Assembly (NCBI GenBank): GCA_017474515.1
Contig: JAFVHN010000036.1
Span: 1,819 to 65,818 of the forward strand
DNA: 64,000 nt
DNA from: Prevotella sp.
GTDB taxonomy: Bacteria; Bacteroidota; Bacteroidia; Bacteroidales; Bacteroidaceae
Direction of reading: 5' to 3'
The translations under genes and the position numbers were made by a program. The notes beneath the pieces were generated by a model, which did not search any database, was not told the origin of the DNA, and saw nothing but the letters and a program-made list of their open reading frames with translations. Below, in pieces: positions 58,011 to 64,000 of this stretch; positions within the stretch are counted from its first letter, which is position 1, and each line of letters opens with the position of its first letter.

Positions 58011-59546
58011 TTATTTATTCTCTTTTAGATAATTTAAATATGGAATTATCAATGAGTCTTTGAACTCTTTAGTCTCGTCGTCGACAACTTTATCTGCTTC
58101 TTCGCATGCCTTATTACAAAGCACATACAAATCTTGTTTGCTTCGTGGTGCTATACCTGCACGCCCCTCTCCATCGTAATAATAACAAAGGTAGAACATG
58201 GCTTGATAATCTGTTGAATCTGAAGCAGCTACTGATCTTTCAAGCCATTTCACAGCTTCCCTATTTTGGTTTTTAGAACTAACATCGCTTTTTAGAGAAA
58301 GTGCCTCTTTTCGAACGAGGTCAGTTTTATCTTCTCCGAATGTCAACTTATAAGTCATTGCCACCTCGTGAATAGCAGCCGGATAATTCTCTTCCGCCAT
58401 TTGCTTCATTCCCTCAAAACCAACGCGAATGCTGTCGGGAATGGAAGAGTTAAGCAGGCGCAAGTTGTTGTCAAACACCATTTTAAGTGAATCCTCAGCT
58501 GCTAATTTAACATCGTCGGGGGCTTTCTTCCCACCCCTGAAAGCAAAGAAAAAGACGAGGAGGGCAAGGGCTGCGACGGCAACACCGCCAATCAGTTTTG
58601 TATTGAGACGGCGGGGCTCCGGGTAAGTGATGTTGTCAATGGCAGCGCGGAAAAGAGCCGACGAAGCATAGCGGTCGCTCTGCTTCTTGGCCGTAGCCTT
58701 GCGGATGATTTCACGGATTTGCCAGGAAGAAATGTCCTTTACAGGCACATTTTCCTTCAACTGCATCTGCGTGACATCGAAGGTGCTGCCCTCGAAAGGA
58801 AGGTGTCCCACCACGAGCTGGTAATAGAGTATGCCCACGGCGTAAACGTCGGTGTAGAAACCTTGGTGACGGGTGTCGCCAAGTACCAGTTCGGGGGCGG
58901 CATAATGAGCCTTGCCCATGAATGTTCCGGTGGCGGTGAGGCCCTTGTCGTTGGTGTCGAGGGTCATCAACTTCTTGGCAATACCGAAGTCAATGAGTTT
59001 CACCTTTCCGTCCTTGGTGAGCATGATGTTGGTGGGGTCGATGTCGCGGTGGATGTAACCGGCATCGTGAAGGGCCATCATTCCCGACAGCACGCATTTC
59101 ACGACGTAAGTGGCCGTCAGGTTGCGCTCATCGTTATATTTCTCATAAAACTCTGCAACGGAAGGATACACCACACCGTCGCGGTTCTTCAGGTTGCCTT
59201 GGATGACATCGTCGAGCATCACACCCTCCAGGTATTCGCTGATAACGTAATAATCCTTGGTGTGCAGGCTGTCCTTCGGTTCAATCTCAATCATGCCATA
59301 CATTCTCACCAGGTTGTCGTGGTTGAGCTGTATGGAAGCCTCACGCCGGGCCCTCATAATGATGTCGTTATCTTTTATCTTCAGCTTCTTGATGGCTACT
59401 TTGGTCTGTACGCCATTGGCCGCCACGCGCTTACCAAGATAAACGACACCCATGCCGCCCTCGCCGAGAATGTTCTTCTCGTCGTCGAACTCATAGTAGA
59501 TTTGCTCGCGCTTTTCTTTTTCGCCTTGTATTTTTATAACTGACAT
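58011..59546 (-). CDS. Membrane-anchored Ser/Thr protein kinase with Sel1/TPR-like C-terminal domain
   Basis: LGEGGMGVVY, VAIKK, HRDIDPTN, DFG, APE, DVYAVG, a TM helix (LIGGVAVAALALLVFFFAF) and EAVKWLERS. Confidence 0.9.
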   Translation of the reverse strand: MSVIKIQGEKEKREQIYYEFDDEKNILGEGGMGVVYLGKRVAANGVQTKVAIKKLKIKDNDIIMRARREASIQLNHDNLVRMYGMIEIEPKDSLHTKDYYVISEYLEGVMLDDVIQGNLKNRDGVVYPSVAEFYEKYNDERNLTATYVVKCVLSGMMALHDAGYIHRDIDPTNIMLTKDGKVKLIDFGIAKKLMTLDTNDKGLTATGTFMGKAHYAAPELVLGDTRHQGFYTDVYAVGILYYQLVVGHLPFEGSTFDVTQMQLKENVPVKDISSWQIREIIRKATAKKQSDRYASSALFRAAIDNITYPEPRRLNTKLIGGVAVAALALLVFFFAFRGGKKAPDDVKLAAEDSLKMVFDNNLRLLNSSIPDSIRVGFEGMKQMAEENYPAAIHEVAMTYKLTFGEDKTDLVRKEALSLKSDVSSKNQNREAVKWLERSVAASDSTDYQAMFYLCYYYDGEGRAGIAPRSKQDLYVLCNKACEEADKVVDDETKEFKDSLIIPYLNYLKENK

Positions 59547-59564
59547 ATCTTGTGTATAATTGTT

Positions 59565-60923
59565 TTAGTAAAATGGTTTTATCATAATTTCCTTGACAGC
59601 CGACTTCTGTCCGTTAGAGAGTCTGACATAAACTTTTGCCATTCTCTCCTTCACCACGCCGTTGATGACGGCAGTTGCCGTGGCGTTTTTCCTGGGCTGC
59701 ACCGTCACCTTGACGGGTGAAAGTGCCTTGCCGTCAACATATACGGTGGCAGTCACAGTCTGCTTTATGGCCGACGAATTCTTCAACTGCACGGCTATGT
59801 ACTGCCGGTCCTTTTCGTCGGCACGGTCTTTTGTCTTGTTGAAGCTTACAATGGTCACATTGCCGCTATTGTCGGCCTGGGGCTGCTGGGCCGTTGGTGC
59901 CTGCCCCGTCGATACGTTCTCAATCGCCTGCACTACTCCCCCGTAGGCCAGTAACAGGTCAAACTGGTTCCCCAAGTCCTTCAACGGGAACGACACCGTA
60001 TTCGAGTTGCCGGTGCTGTCGGCCTCGGCATTCAGAATCTTTGTCAGGCCATCTTTCTTTGTGGCCGTCAATTCGAGCAACGAGGCATTATACCCTTCAG
60101 GAAGAGTCACGACGTAAGTTTCTGCCTTTCCCTTGGCTTTCTTCAGTTCCGTCTTAATGGTTCCCGGGAACATCATGACAAAGCCGGCCACATTTCCTTT
60201 CCTCGCGCACGCGATATTATTATAATAAGGTGTAGTAAAGTCAAACTGCGCCGGAGTGACGATTTTCCCTTCCTTTTTGTAGCCATAGAGTTTCTTGTCT
60301 GAGAACACATCGTATTCCTTGTCGGGCACAATGGCGACAATGGCCGATGTCTCGCTGATGACCTTGTCCTCGTCGCGGCTGACGGCATTTTTAATCTTCT
60401 TGCCTTTTTTGTCGATATAGAAGCTGTCGGCCCTGCCTTTCTTGTCTTTCTTCACCACCCATGCTCGTCCGTCTTTGAAGGGATGAACCTCCGAGTAGGT
60501 GGCATTGTCGATGTTTCCGTTGGTATCCATAAAGGCCTGCTTGTCTTTGTCAACTTCCACACATGCGAAGCCTTCAGAGAAATAAGTCGTGCCGGTGGCA
60601 TAAATGGTCTTGCCGATGGTTTTCTCTTCCAGTTTGGCAAGACTGATGACAGCTGCCACCCTCCATCTGCCGTCCTCACTGTTCATGGCAAGGGCAAATC
60701 CATCCTTGAACGGACTGATGGAGTCGTACTGGGCCGAGAAGGGTTGCCCGTTTTCCATGTTTATCATCAACCATTTGTCGCTCTTGCCCTGAGCTTTCCA
60801 CGCCATGTCCCCACAGGGCAAAGCCTGTTTACAATCGGAATAATACTTCCACATGGCTATTTGTGCCGATGTGGAAATAGCGCCGAGGCAGAGGACTGTC
60901 AACAAAAAGACTGTCTTTCTCAT
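59565..60923 (-). CDS. Secreted WG-repeat-like protein with C-terminal beta-sandwich
   Basis: Signal peptide ending SA|Q and repeats YDSISPFKDGFA, FSEGFACV, PFKDGRAWV, LYGYK. Confidence 0.75.
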   Translation of the reverse strand: MRKTVFLLTVLCLGAISTSAQIAMWKYYSDCKQALPCGDMAWKAQGKSDKWLMINMENGQPFSAQYDSISPFKDGFALAMNSEDGRWRVAAVISLAKLEEKTIGKTIYATGTTYFSEGFACVEVDKDKQAFMDTNGNIDNATYSEVHPFKDGRAWVVKKDKKGRADSFYIDKKGKKIKNAVSRDEDKVISETSAIVAIVPDKEYDVFSDKKLYGYKKEGKIVTPAQFDFTTPYYNNIACARKGNVAGFVMMFPGTIKTELKKAKGKAETYVVTLPEGYNASLLELTATKKDGLTKILNAEADSTGNSNTVSFPLKDLGNQFDLLLAYGGVVQAIENVSTGQAPTAQQPQADNSGNVTIVSFNKTKDRADEKDRQYIAVQLKNSSAIKQTVTATVYVDGKALSPVKVTVQPRKNATATAVINGVVKERMAKVYVRLSNGQKSAVKEIMIKPFY

Positions 60924-60951
60924 GTTGTCTTATTTCTACGCTTTCAACGGG

Positions 60952-61764
60952 TTACGAGAAAAGGTTCTTGAGCCATCCCCAGAAACCGCCATTGTTCGTT
61001 TTCTCACTTTCCAAGAGCACGAGCGTCATGTTATCGTGCCCGCCTCCTTTTTTCATTCCTATTTCATCCACCCTGTTGGCCAATTGTTCCACGATGGTGC
61101 GCATGGGGACTTCCGTGTTGGTCACTTCGTCAAGGAGTTCCCTTTCGGGCATGGCACCATGAATGCCGTCGCTGCTAAGGAAGAACCGGTCGCCTTTTTT
61201 GTAATGCAGGGTGGTAATGTCAATCTCCACATTGTCTTTTAGTCCCAGGGCCCTGGTAATGATGTTCGACTGTGCCGACTGTCGGGCCTGTTCTTCGGTA
61301 ATCACCTTTTGCTTGACGAGTTCAAAGACCATGGAGTGGTCGAAAGTCCTGTAAACCTTCTTGTGTCCGCGTAATTGGTAGATGCGGCTGTCGCCGACGT
61401 ATGCTGCAAATGCCTTGTTCTCAGCCAGTAGCAGTACGGTGCATGTTGAGCCCATGCCTTGCAGCTCGTGTGCAGAGCACGCCTTTTGGTAAACGGCCAG
61501 GTTGGCGCGCCTGATGGCTTCGAGGACAATCTCCTCGGATGCTTCTTTCTGCTCTGTATTTTTCAGGAAATCAAGTATTTTGTCCACGGCGATGGTAGAA
61601 GCCGTCCTTCCCGCAGGTCCGCCTCCCATGCCGTCGCACACGGTGACCACCAGTCCCATGTCTGTTGAGCACCATCCATAGTAGTCCTGGTTCTCACGGC
61701 GCCCGCCTTGTTCAGATTTCACATATCCTTCAAATCCGGGTGCAGATATTCTTTCAACGTCCAT
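60952..61764 (-). CDS. PP2C/PPM-family Ser/Thr phosphatase
   Basis: GGRRENQD, VCDGMGG, VGDSRIY, DHS, ITRALG, SSDG and GGHDNMT. Confidence 0.95.
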   Translation of the reverse strand: MDVERISAPGFEGYVKSEQGGRRENQDYYGWCSTDMGLVVTVCDGMGGGPAGRTASTIAVDKILDFLKNTEQKEASEEIVLEAIRRANLAVYQKACSAHELQGMGSTCTVLLLAENKAFAAYVGDSRIYQLRGHKKVYRTFDHSMVFELVKQKVITEEQARQSAQSNIITRALGLKDNVEIDITTLHYKKGDRFFLSSDGIHGAMPERELLDEVTNTEVPMRTIVEQLANRVDEIGMKKGGGHDNMTLVLLESEKTNNGGFWGWLKNLFS

Positions 61765-61795
61765 TCTTTATCTGTTCTTAAAAAAATATGAAAGT

Positions 61796-62731
61796 TCATT
61801 TAAAAAGGAAGGGCAAAACGATGCGCACTTTGTCGATGAGGGTTTCTCCCTGTGCCAGTGCGTCCTTGAGTGCCACTTTCATTTCGTCGGCACTCTGGTA
61901 GCGATTGGCCGGTTCCTTGGCCGTTGCCTTGCGCAGCACTTTCATCAGTGCCCATGGAATGTCCTTGCTGACGGGCAGTTTCTTTTGTATCTGCCGGGTC
62001 AGTGTTTCCACTTCATTGTTCGATTTATAGGGGTTGTCTCCCGTAATGAGTTCATAGAGCGTGATGCCCAGGGCATAGAGGTCGGTTGACGGCCCCATCT
62101 GCATTTCTTCCTCCTCGTCGCCCCTCAGAATCTGCTCGGGTGCCGAATATTGCGGCGTTCCGATGAAGCCCACGGTAGAGAACTTGTTGCCTCCGTTCAT
62201 CCTGGCAATGCCCAGGTCCATGAGTTTCACGTTGTCCTCGCTCGATGCCATGATGTTCGACGGTTTGATGTCGCGGTGGATGAACCTTTTAGAATGAATA
62301 TACGACAATGCGTCGAGCACCTGGAAAATCATCTGGCAGATGCGTTCCACCCTGTCGTCCGCATTGGCGAGGTTCTGCTTCACATACGTCTTGATGTTGA
62401 CACCCTTCACATATCGGCTAAGGATGAAGATGGGCCCCTTGTCGGGTGCATATTCGCAATAGCCCACCATCTCCACGAGGTTGGGATGGTGGAAAGCCAG
62501 CGACGCCTCCAGCTTGGCGCGCTCGCGCACCTGCTTGTAGTTGGAGTACTGGTCTTTCACCCTCTTGACGGCCACTTTCTCCCCGCTCTTGCAGTCATAT
62601 CCCAGATAGACGGTTCCCATGGCACCGCCACCAAGAGGTTTCACATCGGGGTTGTACTTATATTCCCGACCCTTTACAATTAAGTAAAGGTTGGGGTCGT
62701 CGGGCTTGGTAATAACAGTTTTGCTTGCCAT
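61796..62731 (-). CDS. Soluble Ser/Thr protein kinase
   Basis: LGGGAMGTVY, VAVKR, canonical HRDIKPSN, DLG, GTPQYSAPE and DLYALG. No TM or sensor domain. Confidence 0.93.
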   Translation of the reverse strand: MASKTVITKPDDPNLYLIVKGREYKYNPDVKPLGGGAMGTVYLGYDCKSGEKVAVKRVKDQYSNYKQVRERAKLEASLAFHHPNLVEMVGYCEYAPDKGPIFILSRYVKGVNIKTYVKQNLANADDRVERICQMIFQVLDALSYIHSKRFIHRDIKPSNIMASSEDNVKLMDLGIARMNGGNKFSTVGFIGTPQYSAPEQILRGDEEEEMQMGPSTDLYALGITLYELITGDNPYKSNNEVETLTRQIQKKLPVSKDIPWALMKVLRKATAKEPANRYQSADEMKVALKDALAQGETLIDKVRIVLPFLFK

Positions 62732-62808
62732 TTGTTTGTTATGTATTGAAGTTCAGGAGATTGGGGAAGTCACCGATGGTAGGTGGCAAACGCCCAATCA
62801 TCTCTTCC

Positions 62809-64000
62809 TCACTGATATGTCTCTATCTTTTCCTTACTGAGTTTCACATAATCCTCGTCCTTGGCTTGCTCGGCATATTTCAATGCTTCCCTGAAATACT
62901 CGAGGGCCTTGTCCCTGTCGCGTGCCACGGCCGTGGTACGGATGGCACCGCCTATGAAGTCGCAGCCCAGCTCGTAGAGGGCGCGATAGTCGTCGGACTT
63001 TAGTTCCACGGTCTTAAGCAACAGCTCGTGGGCTTGCTTGGCATCGGGTTTCAGGCCCGTGGTTTTCTGCATCAGCTTGATGCTGTCGGGACGGTAGTCG
63101 CTGGAGCTCTCGCTAATAAAGAGCAGGCGGCTCTTCAGCCAAGTGGCCTCGGCATTGTCGGCATTGACGAGCGAGTCGAGCACCCGTAGCCCCTCCTTTG
63201 CCGTGGTTTCATCCTTCAAGTTGTCAAGCATGGTGACGAAGGCGTCGGGAGCAGCTTCTTCCACCTCCACCGTTTTTGGTGCGTCGGACTTGTTGAAAAG
63301 CATGTTCAACCCGAGGAACAGGAGTGCTCCGGCCACGGCTGCCACGCCGATAATCGTCATGCGCTTGGCTGGCGAAAAAGTCTCAGGATAAGGCAGTTTC
63401 ACTATCTGGTCGAGGGCCACTATAAACTCGGCCGCACTCTGGTAGCGCTTCTCCTGCCGCTTGTCGGTGGCCTTTTCAAGCACCTTGCGAATAGCCGACT
63501 GGCGGATGAGGCCCACGGGGATTTTCTTGTGCAGCTGCATGGCAAGAATCTCGCTGTCAGTGCCTTCGAAAGGCAGGTGCCCCACCAAGCACTGGAACAG
63601 AAGGATGCCTACAGAGTAAAGGTCGGTGCTCTTGTTCTGGTTTTTTATGTCGCCCAGCACCAGCTCGGGAGCCGCGTATGATGCCTTTCCCACAAACTGG
63701 CCTGTTGCAGTGAGGCTCTTGTCATAGGTGTTGAGCGTCATCATCTGCTTGGCAATGCCGAAATCGATGAGCTTGATGTGCTCGTCGGACGTAATCATGA
63801 TGTTGGTGGGGTCGATGTCGCGGTGGATGTAACCGGCCTCGTGAAGGGCCATCAGACCGGCCAACACGTTCTTTACCACATAGATAGAGAAACGGTAGGG
63901 GTCGTTGATGTAGTCCTTGTACATCTTCTGGGCATAGGGAATCTCGTTGCCGTCGGGGTCGGTGGTCTTGCCGTGCATCAGGTCGCTGAGCATCACGCCC
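62809..64000 (-). CDS. Membrane-anchored Ser/Thr protein kinase with Sel1/TPR-like C-terminus, 5'-partial
   Basis: HRDIDPTN, DFG, APE, DLYSVG, a TM helix (IIGVAAVAGALLFLGL) and ALYELG...ALEYFREA. The frame continues past the window end. Confidence 0.9.
   Translation of the reverse strand, partial: GVMLSDLMHGKTTDPDGNEIPYAQKMYKDYINDPYRFSIYVVKNVLAGLMALHEAGYIHRDIDPTNIMITSDEHIKLIDFGIAKQMMTLNTYDKSLTATGQFVGKASYAAPELVLGDIKNQNKSTDLYSVGILLFQCLVGHLPFEGTDSEILAMQLHKKIPVGLIRQSAIRKVLEKATDKRQEKRYQSAAEFIVALDQIVKLPYPETFSPAKRMTIIGVAAVAGALLFLGLNMLFNKSDAPKTVEVEEAAPDAFVTMLDNLKDETTAKEGLRVLDSLVNADNAEATWLKSRLLFISESSSDYRPDSIKLMQKTTGLKPDAKQAHELLLKTVELKSDDYRALYELGCDFIGGAIRTTAVARDRDKALEYFREALKYAEQAKDEDYVKLSKEKIETYQ

Overview
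A 64 kb chromosomal segment of a Prevotella-like Bacteroidota bacterium, judged from TAnnTTTG/TTTG promoters, a T9SS-type C-terminal domain, Gln after signal peptides and gene content. The backbone is housekeeping: pheT, yebC, dcu, lepA, carB, a Cys-less purF, kdsB, tamB, ribE, dcp, dapA and addAB. Accessory blocks: (1) a Fic + type I HsdR end of a defence locus at the left edge; (2) an AT-rich restriction-modification island (decayed HTH controller, type II REase, fused double methyltransferase, wHTH-HNH nuclease) between dapA and addA; (3) an operon-like cluster at the right edge, running off the window, with three Hanks-type Ser/Thr kinases (two membrane-anchored, with a non-canonical HRDIDPTN loop), a PP2C phosphatase and two secreted WG-repeat proteins. 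The intergenic DNA is highly structured: a likely 6S (Bacteroidales-1-type) RNA, an unannotated promoter-to-terminator sRNA with tandem LacI-like operators, a four-helix-bundle gene remnant bracketed by inverted heptamer repeats, many other heptamer/octamer arrays, two copies of a ~200 bp palindromic element with 22-bp periodicity, a 22-bp tandem array and REP-like hairpins. No CRISPR array, tRNA, rRNA, transposase or integrase was seen. All family calls come from motif recognition by eye, not database searches.
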